This document shows, one piece after another, positions 26,860 through 38,515 of a stretch of DNA of 64,000 nucleotides. The position numbers were made by a program, and so were the translations under genes. Each line of letters opens with the position of its first letter. Within the stretch, counting starts at the first letter, position 1. The DNA is taken from contig LSRY02000018.1 in assembly GCA_001643675.2 (NCBI GenBank), positions 682,001 through 746,000 of the forward strand. Reading direction: 5' to 3'. The DNA is from Monocercomonoides exilis PA203. Taxonomy: Eukaryota; Protista; Preaxostyla. Under the pieces are notes generated by a model that did no database searches, was not told the DNA's origin, and was given only the letters and a program-made list of their open reading frames with translations.

Positions 26860-27858
26860 TAACAGTCCGTACAAACAAAGCGAGGCTTTGAAAATGGCAG
26901 GAGAGGAGAGCATGCTGCACAAGGGAGTGGAAAGACTGCTGGGAGCGGGGCAGAAAAATGGGGCTCGTCCTCTGCGTGCATTTCCAGCTGCTTCCTCAGC
27001 AACACCACAAATGTTCTTGGCGATAAATTTATTGAAGGACTGGCATCGATTCCCACAAGCGCCATCTCTAGCCGCACACTCATCACTTAGAACAGCATTG
27101 TTGCAGACAAAGAAAGCAAATTCGTCCCAATCATTCTTTCATCCTTCAATCTTCCTGTGATTATAATCTTCTTTTCCCCAAAATTGATTGTTGCTGCTTC
27201 GCCTCAATACTTCCCACCCAGCATTGTGATTGCAGAGCTCAGCTGTGCCATGCTCGTCCCGACTGCGTGCCTCATTATCCAGCACGGTGCTGCATCATTC
27301 ATCCCACATAGATCACTCACGTCACTTCCACTCACCACAACATATCAATCCTTCATCTCCTCCTTGCCAAATTCTTCCTTTCTGTGTACTGAACTGATCA
27401 CACGTTTGGATTTGAATAGTTGTGCGCATTGCACGCAACCTTGTTATCTGTGTTTGTGTTGTAACATTCATGAAATGGATTTTCTGAATTCAAATAGACG
27501 TTTTTGATATCGACATATTCAACATCATGCCCACGTGGATTGGTTGCATCTCTGAAGCTGCATTGGTGAAAAAATAAGAAGAAGCAATAGAGTTTATTGT
27601 CGGATGCTGTTGCTTGATTGGATAAAGATGCAATCCACCTCCCTCTTGCCATGCCGAGCATGAAATGAACTTAATGCTCCTCATTTTGAATGCAGCTGGA
27701 ACACTGTAACAATGCATCACTCCTCCACAATTTCTTGAAAGCGAGTATGAAGTGAATGAGCACTCAAACACGAAAGTGCTCTCCTCCTTGCCATTTTCAA
27801 TCCAATACAGATTAAATCTGAAAATATCAAATAAGAAATCCTTTTTCGTATAACGCAT
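26860..27858 (-). pseudogene. Fragmented Cys-rich GG-motif surface-protein-like pseudogene
   Basis: CGGVMHC, FISCSAWQEGGGLHL, SENPFHECY and SGSDVSDLCGMNDAAPC motifs in different frames. Confidence 0.55.
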
Positions 27859-28657
27859 TTCAAGTTTGATTTTAACTCAAATCCATGATTCTTTTCTTTG
27901 AATTATTTTATAGATTATGCTTTTTTTCCTCGCTTTATTAACGCTTCTTTTTTCATTGAGTAAAACCCTTCAAATATTTCATATAGTCTGCTCTAATAAA
28001 AAATTTCCTGACACCATCTTTTCCATTTGTAATATTTCATGTTATTCTATTCGATCTCTCAATCCTTTAGGCAAAATTTCTGATTTTCCTTTTTTATTGG
28101 ATACCAAAACTGTCAGATGTGATTTTTTCTGAATTGTTTATCTTTAAAATAATAATGTGCATTAATGGAGAAGTTGAAAATTTTTTGATACATTCATTTT
28201 GATGTAAAGGATCAGAAAAACTTTTATTGAAGGACTAACTGCAATTAACTTGGCATTTCATGAATCAAAATTTTTTATTCGAATAAACTGGTGTTTTCTG
28301 GAATAAACACTGATAATTCGAACTAACATTTTTATTTTAAGAAAACAAAAAAATTCCAATTCCATCAATTATATTATAAAATAATACGATCAAGTTGATG
28401 CGAAAAAAATTTGTTACACACATAATATTTTTTTTCCACTTTTTTCTTATGGGTTCTATTATTTTTTTATCAGTCAAAAAATATAAATAAGTGAATAATT
28501 TAATATAAAAATGAACGGTTTAATAAATAAAAACAAAGATATTGAAAATAGGTGCTCCGAACATGATTTCTGCCAACAAAATAGTAAATATAAGTTATAA
28601 ATAGAAAACAGTTTTTGCGGATGACAAGTAATTTTTCAATCTCAAACTTTTTTTCCC

Positions 28658-28677
28658 CTTCTTCTTCTTCTTCTTCT

Positions 28678-28717
<40 letters not shown>

Positions 28718-28760
28718 TTTGTTTGTTTGTTTGTTTGTTTGTTTGTTTGTTTGTTTGTTT
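28658..28760 (+). repeat. Compound microsatellite (TTC)n-(T)n-(TTTG)n; mirror ~43858-43961
   Basis: Seen directly. Confidence 0.9.
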
Positions 28761-29649
28761 ACATATCTGTAAAAATATTTTCAAAATTATCTTTTTGCTT
28801 CAAATTATGAGATCAGAAAAATGTTTCATAAATATTTCAAAAAAATTTTTTGACTTCATTAGAAACGAAACTAACAAAAACAAAACTCAATAGCTTTAAT
28901 ATTGTGATTTTTTAAGTTTTGTAATTTTTGAACCCGTATTTTTCTATCAAATATTACGGTTTGATAATTTTCTTCAAATATTTATAAATGAAGACTGAAA
29001 AGTTGCAACTCTTTTCATAGAAAATTTTTCATTAATATTATCTCGTTAATCTTCATTTTGAACTATTATCATGCTTTTTTCATTTTAATGAATAATGCCT
29101 CCTCAAATGAATTAAACCTTTGAAGAGTCAACAATCTGAATAAAGGAATGATTTCAAAAATTGTCACACATTTAGCGAATCAAAAAAATAAAATAGATTA
29201 AAAAAAAGAATGAAAGAAAAAAATGAAATTAAAAAAACATCCTTCTCAATGAATTATATAGTTGCGTAAAAAAATGTAAATAACACTTTGCTTGTGGGAA
29301 AAAAAAAGGAAAGAAAAGAAAATGAAAAAGAAAAGAAAAGAAAAGAAATAGAAATTGTAATAAGAAAAAATCTCATTCAAACGCAAATCTTCTAACCATA
29401 ACTTATATATTTTCATTTAATGAAAAGAAAAGAAAAACGTGAAAAAGCGTTCATAAATTCATCTTTAAGTATGAACTTGCATTATATTCTTATTTGTGTT
29501 TTTTGTATATTCAGATGATCTTCCAGACGATGTTTTAAGAATGTGTGGACAAATTCTTTATTGAAATTTATAATCGATTTAATGATTTATTTTTAAATAC
29601 TATTGATTATTGATGTAGAATTGTAACGAACTGCGACTGTTCATCTATA

Positions 29650-29891
29650 TGTCTAAATTTTTTTGAAAAGTTCCTTTTGTTGAATTTTCAAATAAAGAAA
29701 TAATTACATGTTTCGATCAAATTTCTGTTCTTTCTTATGAAACTTCACAAAATGGGAAATAATCACATTTTCAAGATTTTATTTTTATAACAACAAAATT
29801 TGGTGAGTGGAAACAGAAATTTGATCGAAACATGTAATTTTTATTCTTTTTGAAAATTCAACAAAAGGAACTTTTCAAAAAAATTTCGACA
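29650..29891. mobile_element. 242-bp hairpin MITE copy
   Basis: Differs from the central copy at only a few positions. TA on both sides, with flanks unrelated to those of the central copy. Confidence 0.9.
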
Positions 29892-29974
29892 TATATAAGA
29901 TTCAAAACAGAAAATTTAAAGAATCATATACTCATGAACAATTTTATGATATCATTAGAAATAATCAATATTTT

Positions 29975-32387
29975 TATTTAGCATGGTGCATATTTCCTGG
30001 AGTTTGTTTTTGTTGCAGATGTGAAATTGTTGAATTATAGAAATTTTTATAATCCTCTCTAAAACTCTTTCAATCTTATCATCGATCTCTCTTTTCTTTA
30101 AATCTTTTCTTTTCACAGCTTTCTTTTGAAATCATCTTTTATCTCAAGCAGCGTCTGCCTTCTCCTCCGTTTCCGCTCTTCGTGATAAAGCGTCTGTTTT
30201 TTGTCTCCAGTCGAGTTTTGTTCTTATGTTGTTCTGCTTCCTGACATTGACTCACTTTCAACTGCTACGCTTCTCCTTTTTTCTTTCCCTGGCTTTGTTT
30301 GGCAAGTGCTGTGGTTTCTTCTTGTTTCTTTTTCTGCAGCAATTTGAAGCGGTTTATTCGCAATGCTTGTTCGCTTCCCTCATCTTCTGTTGGCTGATTT
30401 GTTGAAGCTGCTACAAATTTGTTGTTTCCAATTTCTTTCACAGACGCATCCGCCACTTTCTTCATTCTTGACATAAACATAGTGAAAACATCTCCTTCTG
30501 TTGTTGTCTTTGTTGGCTCGGTTTGCATTTTCCACAACTGCTGCTGTCATTCGCATTTACTGTGCGCAGAATATATAATTAAGTTTGCTTCGCTTCTTCT
30601 TCGTCAAGATGCTCTGATTGCTCTTCCTCTTTGTGTTTTTCTTCTTCTTTCTCATTTTTCTGCTGTTTGTTATTGTGTGTTTCTTTACCAATAGCATCCT
30701 TTTTTTATTAATTCTACATTTCCAGATTTATCGAATTCAATTTCATCTTCTTCATTCTTCGATTTTCCTATTATCTTCTTCACTTTCTCGCCAAGTGGAT
30801 CGTCAATATCAATGTCTGATTCTTCTTCATCCAACCCGTCTTCCATGTACTCATCATTCGAAATGTACTGATTCTGCAATATCGTTGACAGCAGCCTTGA
30901 TATGTTAATGAGTGAATTCTGCTCCCAATTTTATTTTTATTATTTATTATTTTTATTATTTTTATGATTATTTTATTTTTTTGTTTGTAGCAATGATTAG
31001 AGAAATTTAACAAAGAGAACAAAAGATATTTTAAATAGATAAAAGAAAATCGGTGTCAATGACAGTTATTATGTTAAAAAAAACAAACCCTGATTAAGTC
31101 ATCAGTGTGAAATGCATCCAACTTTCCCAGAAATGTCAAGAACGTAAATGAAGGAGCAACACTGTTTCCACACAAAATAACAAATAATACATGAGTCAAC
31201 GAAGTATTTTTGGAGTAAAAGCAGTTTGGGTGAGGAGGTGGAAAAAAAAACAATATATATAAAATTAGAATTAGAATTAAATAAAACAAATTAAAAAAAT
31301 TAAAATAATTAAACAAATTAAACAAATATAATAAATATAATAAATGGGTGATTATTTTTGAAATCATATTTTTTCATAATAAAATTTCGCTTCGAAATAT
31401 TCACTTGAATATAAACTAAAGAACACTGAAAAGTGAAAATACTTATAAAAGATATCTTCTTCTTTATATTAACTTAAGAACTTTGTTCTTTAAACAGTTG
31501 TGATAGTTTTTGCATTTTATTTCAAAATCTTTTCACAATGACAAACAATCTTTGAAAAATCAACACCCCGAAAAATATATGATTTCAAAAATAATCACCC
31601 AAATATAATAAATATAATAAATAAAATTATTATAAAAATAAACTGAAAAGAAAGACAGAAAGAAAAAAGAAATATTAGAAATAAAATTGTTTAATAAGTT
31701 CCATTCTTCTCCACCCTCTGAACAAACAAGATTTGCTGATGTTATTGAAGACATAAGAGCTTCTAGCCCAATTGTTTTCGATGCAATTGCCTCTGGATAT
31801 ATTTTTTTTCTCAGTATCGTTGGAATTTTTCCAAGATAAATTTCATTCTCTGGATTTCCGCTTGTCTGAATCATTCCAGATAGCGCAGATTTGTTCTTGT
31901 CGGACTTGTGCTTTTCAGGCTTTGAAGGATCATATTCTTCACTGCTGTCATCCAAGTCGAACGAATCTTCTTCATCTTCTTCGTTATTGTTATCTTTTTC
32001 CTCGATTGCTTGTGATGACTTTTCGTCTTTTTGCTTAGAGGGGCGTAGTTGGTTGAACAGTGATGGCTTCTTCTGAGAGGAAAATGCTGATGACTCAGGA
32101 AGACCCAATTTCTCTCGCTCTTTCTGAACGCGCTTTTCTAGTCGCGCTTGTTCCACAGCATTTGTTAGCTCTATGAGGTGCCTTGATTCGTTTCTCGTCC
32201 AATTTGTTGACGCATCGGCTGTCATGCTTGCTAACACAGAATCCTTTTTTGCTGAAGGAAGCTTTCCTTTGAGCCTTGATGCGCGAGAATTTCGTAAAAC
32301 TGAAAACTTAGATTGTGCTGAAACGAAAGGTCTTCGTTCTGCGCCTCCGCTGAATCCTCTTCCCCAATTTTACCCAAATTGAGACAT
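29975..32387 (-). pseudogene. Diverged TIPIN-like paralogue, pseudogenised
   Basis: Homologous exons: RKKIYPEAIASKTIGLEALMSSITSANLVCSEGGE; SVAPSFTFLTFLGKLDAFHTDDLIR; NSLINISRLL. TAA at codon 6, first splice donor reads GA, frameshifted long acidic tail. 3' end approximate. Confidence 0.75.
31346..31600. mobile_element. ~255-bp MITE with GGGTGATTATTTTTGAAATCATAT TIRs, in intron 1 of the TIPIN-like pseudogene
   Basis: 24-bp perfect TIR, identical AT-rich direct repeat on both flanks, no ORF of note. Confidence 0.8.
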
Positions 32388-32621
32388 TTTCAAAAAAATA
32401 AAAAATTAATTACATGTCAAGCATATGTTTATTTCTCTCAAATTGTAAATGCTTTATAATGTTAAAATGAAATGCGAACCTTTTCTGTATTCAATTGCAG
32501 AAAGAGCAAATGCACACGATTTGATAAGATAAAAACAAGTCTCCCAAATGACTGATAAAAGAATGAATTTTCCTCTTTCAAAAATTTCCAAATTCAAATT
32601 AACTTTCATAAAATTTTAACG

Positions 32622-32674
<53 letters not shown>

Positions 32675-33241
32675 GCAGGGACTTGAATTTTCAAACAATC
32701 AATACAGTTCTCAAAGAAATCTGTATTCCTTTGCAAACATTTTACAGCATAGATATGAACATGTTGATAAAAAATAAAAAAGGAAATAAAGAAAAGGAGA
32801 AAAAGATCGAAAGAAAGCCATTCTGTCATAACAATAAAAATAAACAAATTTTAAATTCAAAAAGCATCAAACAATGAAAAATACATATATACAAGTAGAA
32901 GAAGAAATTTGTAAGCTTAATAAAAAACAAAGCTTTCTTTTTTTAAGAGTTTGTCAAAGAAGATTTCTCGCTTTTGGCTGACTCTTTTCTTTGGCCATGT
33001 AATAAACTGTCTATAGATAAGTAATAATCCTTTCACAACTTCAATGTTTTTTCAAGCAAGTGCTCCTCCCTCCATAAATATGATAATCTTCTGTTCAGAT
33101 TTTTGTGTTTTTTATCGAAATTTTGTTATTTTCGCTGTTTTTCTCTGCAAATCCCTTCACTCTCCCGTCTTTCGGGTGACTTCTGAGACCAAATTGCATT
33201 CTTAGCCAATCAAACTTCTGAACTCCAAAGCAAACAGCTGC

Positions 33242-33667
33242 CTATCTCTCTCCGCGCTCCCACATGTTTCTCAGATTTCTCCTCTTAGTTTCATTTTTAG
33301 GTGGATACAAAAAATACGCGGAAAGAAGCAATATAAAATAAAAAGAACTGAGACAAAGGCCAAAATGGAGGTTGATAGTGCAATCGAGCTTCAAAGGAAC
33401 CAGAATCATTACAGGAAATTTCACTAAGCATGCAAATCTAATGGATAAAGAAAATAATCCCATATCTTCAGGAGACAAGTAGCTGTTTTGTATTTGAAAG
33501 AACATCGTAATGATTAATGATGCAATGAAAAGGAAAGAGGATATTAAAAACAGAGAAAATACTGTTCTCCATATGAGTGACTGAACAAATTGAGATATTT
33601 TGGACAGATGGGGGAAAATATGGACTTTCAAGCTTTTTATGCGCATTGATTGAAATAATAGTTTCAC
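33242..33667 (-). pseudogene. Hydrophobic multi-TM ORF fragment (mirror at 38956-39381)
   Basis: 141-aa ORF with about 3 hydrophobic segments. Coding-like sequence continues beyond the TAG. Confidence 0.35.
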
Positions 33668-34107
33668 TTAAAACATTTTCAAACTTTATCAGATTTCAAA
33701 ATAATTTTGATTTTCGTATCTGTAATACAAGCATCATTCATATAATAACATTATGTTTTATGACCTCATATGTATTTCAAAAAATAATCCCATTTATTAC
33801 AAATTTTTTGATCACAAAAAGTTCATCAAAGGTGCATAATTTTTCAATGAAAATGCCTGAAGTCAAATATTTTACCCCAGATGGGCTTTTGGAGATCAAA
33901 AAGACAAAAGAATGAATCCAATACAAAATGTGAGACAGAAATAAAAGTGAAAAATAAAAAACAACATTTTCATAAAAGAAAACAAAATGAAAATGAAAAA
34001 AAGAAAAAGAAATAAGAAATAAGAAAAAGAATTAAAAAATGAATATTTAAATAAAGATATAAAGCAAGAAAAGAAAGAAAGAATAAAGAAAATAGCAAAC
34101 CATCTGC

Positions 34108-34545
34108 TTAAAGTGAAATAAGCGATATTGAAAGCATCGTAAAAGCAAAAAATATTATATCAATCATCAATAAAATGAATAAGGCCAATGGATTAACAAT
34201 ATCTCCCTGGGCACTGAGCAATAGAACAGTCAAGCCAACTGCAATTGAATTAAACGGCCATGAAAATGAAAACGCCGAAACGCCTTCCCAAAAATAATAA
34301 AAGTCCAGAGCCGGAAGCGTCAGAACAACACAACATGCAAAAATGATACCTGCGATGATTGCTTCTCCATTCACAAGTGCAGCAATAGAAGTGTAAATGA
34401 AATAAGATCCCAACAGCAGGTCAGAAAACGTCAAAGAATCTGTGAATGATCCTTTAACTTCATTTCCGTTCGAATTAGTCTGAAAAACGATTTCGCAATT
34501 CCTCGAGAAAGCACCCAATCCCAAAACAAACAATAGTATTAGCAT
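34108..34545 (-). CDS. Small predicted membrane protein (145 aa; signal-like N-terminus, 3-4 hydrophobic segments)
   Basis: ATG-initiated ORF, more GC-rich than its flanks, with hydrophobic stretches. Confidence 0.55.
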   Translation of the reverse strand: MLILLFVLGLGAFSRNCEIVFQTNSNGNEVKGSFTDSLTFSDLLLGSYFIYTSIAALVNGEAIIAGIIFACCVVLTLPALDFYYFWEGVSAFSFSWPFNSIAVGLTVLLLSAQGDIVNPLALFILLMIDIIFFAFTMLSISLISL

Positions 34546-34656
34546 TATTTTCGCGAATAAACATATTTTATAAAAAGAACAATCAAATGATATTCAATTC
34601 TTATTCTCCTGGAAACTTGAGGGAAATCTCGCTTTTCCACCAACCTTTTGTAAATA

Positions 34657-35804
34657 TAGGGTAGTCCTTTATATTTTGCACAAAGAATAAAAAATGGGTA
34701 AATAAAAAATGAATTATCAAAATTTTTTGATATTACAGAGTTTTGCACTCTGATTATTACGAATGCCGAACAAATATATGAAAAACTGCAAATTGCGAAT
34801 GGTTGAAAACTTCCGGATATCATAACTATTCGTTCATGGAACATTAGAATTCAAAGGCGAGAAGAAATTGATAGGAGACATTATAATCACGGCAGGCCAA
34901 CTAATGAAGTGTTGATAAAGAAGATACAACAAGCAGTGGAAGAAAATCCTCATATTAGCTCCAGAGCGTTGGCAGAACAATTTAGTGTTGGAAAAACGAC
35001 AATTTTAAGGATTCTTCATGAAAAATTACATTTCCATTCTTACAAAATTAGGTGGGTGCCGTACGCACTGAATGAGGATCAGAAAAATCCGCGTTCAAAC
35101 TGGCTTGCTATTATTGGAGAAATTGCGAGATTCACAGAAAAGAAATTTTGAAGCGCTGATAATAGGAGATGAATCCTTTTTCCACAGAAGGAATAATTTC
35201 GAATGCGAATGGAGAAAAGAAAAATCTGAAGTGTCAACCGTAGCAAATTACACTTATTCAGATAAGAAATTCATGTACACGATTTTCATTTCAGTTCATT
35301 AGTTGTTTTTTCTTAATATTCTACCAGAAAAAACAAAAATGAATGCAGAGTATTTCGTAAATTCGATATTAAAGCCCATTTGCCATATTCAAATAGACAT
35401 TTCTTCCGTTTCTCCTATGGATTTTTTTATTCGCTTCGATAATGTTCGTCCGCACACAGCGGCAATATCAAAGATCTTTGCGGAGGAGCATCATTTAAAT
35501 ATTCTTCCGCATCCTCCTTATTCTCCTGATGTTGTACCATGTGATTTTTTCCTCTTCGGCTACATAAAGCAGGCTCTGAAAAGGGAAAAAATATCTAATT
35601 ATGAAGAATTAGAATTAGAAATAAGAAATATTCTTCATTCAATATCTTCAGACATGATTATTCGTGCCTTTGAAAGTTGGATAAAGCTATTGGAATTTAT
35701 GACAACTCATATCGGTGAATATTTTTATGATTGAATTTTTTTTTTTCTCATTAATTTTTTAACCATATCAAAATTTTTTAACAAAAATATAAAGGACCAC
35801 CCTT
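34657..35804 (+). mobile_element. Mariner element, defective (left arm)
   Basis: Imperfect ~20-bp TIRs AGGGT(A/G)GTCCTTTATATTTT enclose a mariner transposase. Exact ends are uncertain by a few bp. Confidence 0.85.
34709..35734 (+). pseudogene. Mariner DD34D transposase pseudogene
   Basis: GRP, WVPY, IIGDES, FDNVRPHTA and PHPPYSPDVVPCDF motifs with 34 residues between D2 and D3. In-frame TGA and TAG stops, plus an A-run frameshift in this copy. Confidence 0.92.
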
Positions 35805-36188
35805 CACTACAAGAAAAAGATTCCATTCGTCAAAAATTGGACAAAAAAATTTCAATAAATGATAAAATATTTCAACAATTCCGTATAGAAACCGAAATGC
35901 ATCCTCCCATCCCTTAAGACTGATTCCATATCTGTAACTCTCCTTCAAGTCTTTTCCAGAACAAGGATGAAATTTTGAAACATTATGAAACGCGCATTTC
36001 GGAAGAAGACAAATCTTGTGGATGAAACGAATTATTGTCCTGCACCATATTTCTGTTGTTCTGCATGAGATTAGCAAATATATAATTGAAATAAAATAGA
36101 AATATCGTTTTTTTGCAAAAATGAAAATCAAACTTTTCCATTTTTGTTAGAAGATAAAACCGACGACTTACTCGCGAAAGCGATAATA

Positions 36189-36430
36189 TGTCTAAATTTT
36201 TTTGAAAAGTTCCTTTTGTTGAATTTTCAAATAAAGAAATAATTACATGTTTCGATCAAATTTCTGTTCTTTCTTATGAAACTTCACAAAATGGGAAATA
36301 ATCACATTTTCAAGATTTTATTTTTATAACAACAAAACTTGGTGAGTGGAAACAGAAATTTGATCGAAACATGTAATTTTTATTCTTTTTTAAAATTCAA
36401 CAAAAGGAACTTTTCAAAAAAATTTAGACA
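36189..36430. mobile_element. 242-bp hairpin MITE forming the palindrome centre
   Basis: About 80-bp terminal inverted repeats, first 39 bp perfect (TGTCTAAATTTTTTTGAAAAGTTCCTTTTGTTGAATTTT). Flanked by TA. Asymmetric interior. Near-identical copy at 29650-29891. Confidence 0.9.
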
Positions 36431-36814
36431 TATTATCGCTTTCGCGAGTAAGTCGTCGGTTTTATCTTCTAACAAAAATGGAAAAGTTTGATTTTCATTT
36501 TTGCAAAAAAACGATATTTCTATTTTATTTCAATTATATATTTGCTAATCTCATGCAGAACAACAGAAATATGGTGCAGGACAATAATTCGTTTCATCCA
36601 CAAGATTTGTCTTCTTCCGAAATGCGCGTTTCATAATGTTTCAAAATTTCATCCTTGTTCTGGAAAAGACTTGAAGGAGAGTTACAGATATGGAATCAGT
36701 CTTAAGGGATGGGAGGATGCATTTCGGTTTCTATACGGAATTGTTGAAATATTTTATCATTTATTGAAATTTTTTTGTCCAATTTTTGACGAATGGAATC
36801 TTTTTCTTGTAGTG

Positions 36815-37965
36815 AAGGGTGGTCCTTTATATTTTTGTTAAAAAATTTTGATATGGTTAAAAAATTAATGAGAAAAAAAAAAATTCAATCATAAAAATAT
36901 TCACCGATATGAGTTGTCATAAATTCCAATAGCTTTATCCAACTTTCAAAGGCACGAATAATCATGTCTGAAGATATTGAATGAAGAATATTTCTTATTT
37001 CTAATTCTAATTCTTCATAATTAGATATTTTTTCCCTTTTCAGAGCCTGCTTTATGTAGCCGAAGAGGAAAAAATCACATGGTACAACATCAGGAGAATA
37101 AGGAGGATGCGGAAGAATATTTAAATGATGCTCCTCCGCAAAGATCTTTGATATTGCCGCTGTGTGCGGACGAACATTATCGAAGCGAATAAAAAAATCC
37201 ATAGGAGAAACGGAAGAAATGTCTATTTGAATATGGCAAATGGGCTTTAATATCGAATTTACGAAATACTCTGCATTCATTTTTGTTTTTTCTGGTAGAA
37301 TATTAAGAAAAAACAACTAATGAACTGAAATGAAAATCGTGTACATGAATTTCTTATCTGAATAAGTGTAATTTGCTACGGTTGACACTTCAGATTTTTC
37401 TTTTCTCCATTCGCATTCGAAATTATTCCTTCTGTGGAAAAAGGATTCATCTCCTATTATCAGCGCTTCAAAATTTCTTTTCTGTGAATCTCGCAATTTC
37501 TCCAATAATAGCAAGCCAGTTTGAACGCGGATTTTTTTCTGATCCTCATTCAGTGCGTACGGCACCCACCTAATTTTGTAAGAATGGAAATGTAATTTTT
37601 CATGAAGAATCCTTAAAATTGTCGTTTTTCCAACACTAAATTGTTCTGCCAACGCTCTGGAGCTAATATGAGGATTTTCTTCCACTGCTTGTTGTATCTT
37701 CTTTATCAACACTTCATTAGTTGGCCTGCCGTGATTATAATGTCTCCTATCAATTTCTTCTCGCCTTTGAATTCTAATGTTCCATGAACGAATAGTTATG
37801 ATATCCGGAAGTTTTCAACCATTCGCAATTTGCAGTTTTTCATATATTTGTTCGGCATTCGTAATAATCAGAGTGCAAAACTCTGTAATATCAAAAAAAT
37901 TTTGATAATTCATTTTTTATTTACCCATTTTTTATTCTTTGTGCAAAATATAAAGGACTACCCTA
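36815..37965 (-). mobile_element. Mariner element, defective (mirror copy)
   Basis: Reverse complement of 34657-35804. Confidence 0.85.
36885..37913 (-). pseudogene. Mariner DD34D transposase pseudogene (mirror)
   Basis: ORFs 37317..37712 and 36885..37316 are in frame and separated by one TAG. A further TGA lies in the N-terminal HTH region. Confidence 0.92.
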
Positions 37966-38077
37966 TATTTACAAAAGGTTGGTGGAAAAGCGAGATTTCC
38001 CTCAAGTTTCCAGGAGAATAAGAATTGAATATCATTTGATTGTTCTTTTTTATAAAATATGTTTATTCGCGAAAATA

Positions 38078-38515
38078 ATGCTAATACTATTGTTTGTTTT
38101 GGGATTGGGTGCTTTCTCGAGGAATTGCGAAATCGTTTTTCAGACTAATTCGAACGGAAATGAAGTTAAAGGATCATTCACAGATTCTTTGACGTTTTCT
38201 GACCTGCTGTTGGGATCTTATTTCATTTACACTTCTATTGCTGCACTTGTGAATGGAGAAGCAATCATCGCAGGTATCATTTTTGCATGTTGTGTTGTTC
38301 TGACGCTTCCGGCTCTGGACTTTTATTATTTTTGGGAAGGCGTTTCGGCGTTTTCATTTTCATGGCCGTTTAATTCAATTGCAGTTGGCTTGACTGTTCT
38401 ATTGCTCAGTGCCCAGGGAGATATTGTTAATCCATTGGCCTTATTCATTTTATTGATGATTGATATAATATTTTTTGCTTTTACGATGCTTTCAATATCG
38501 CTTATTTCACTTTAA
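38078..38515 (+). CDS. Small predicted membrane protein (mirror)
   Basis: Identical translation to 34108..34545. Confidence 0.55.
   Translation: MLILLFVLGLGAFSRNCEIVFQTNSNGNEVKGSFTDSLTFSDLLLGSYFIYTSIAALVNGEAIIAGIIFACCVVLTLPALDFYYFWEGVSAFSFSWPFNSIAVGLTVLLLSAQGDIVNPLALFILLMIDIIFFAFTMLSISLISL

Larger units (their letters stand above)
14326..36188 (+). repeat. Left arm (~21.9 kb) of giant palindrome / inverted duplication
   Basis: ORFs in this interval have reverse-strand twins with coordinate sums of ~72613-72623 (14393..15055/57562..58224; 35303..35734/36885..37316; 35778..36131/36488..36841). Identity ends at 14326. Confidence 0.97.

Noticed and set aside
35778-36131. 117-aa ORF between the mariner and the central MITE (mirror 36488-36841)
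   Set aside because: Non-ATG start, runs into the mariner TIR and has no motif. At most a remnant of an interrupted gene.
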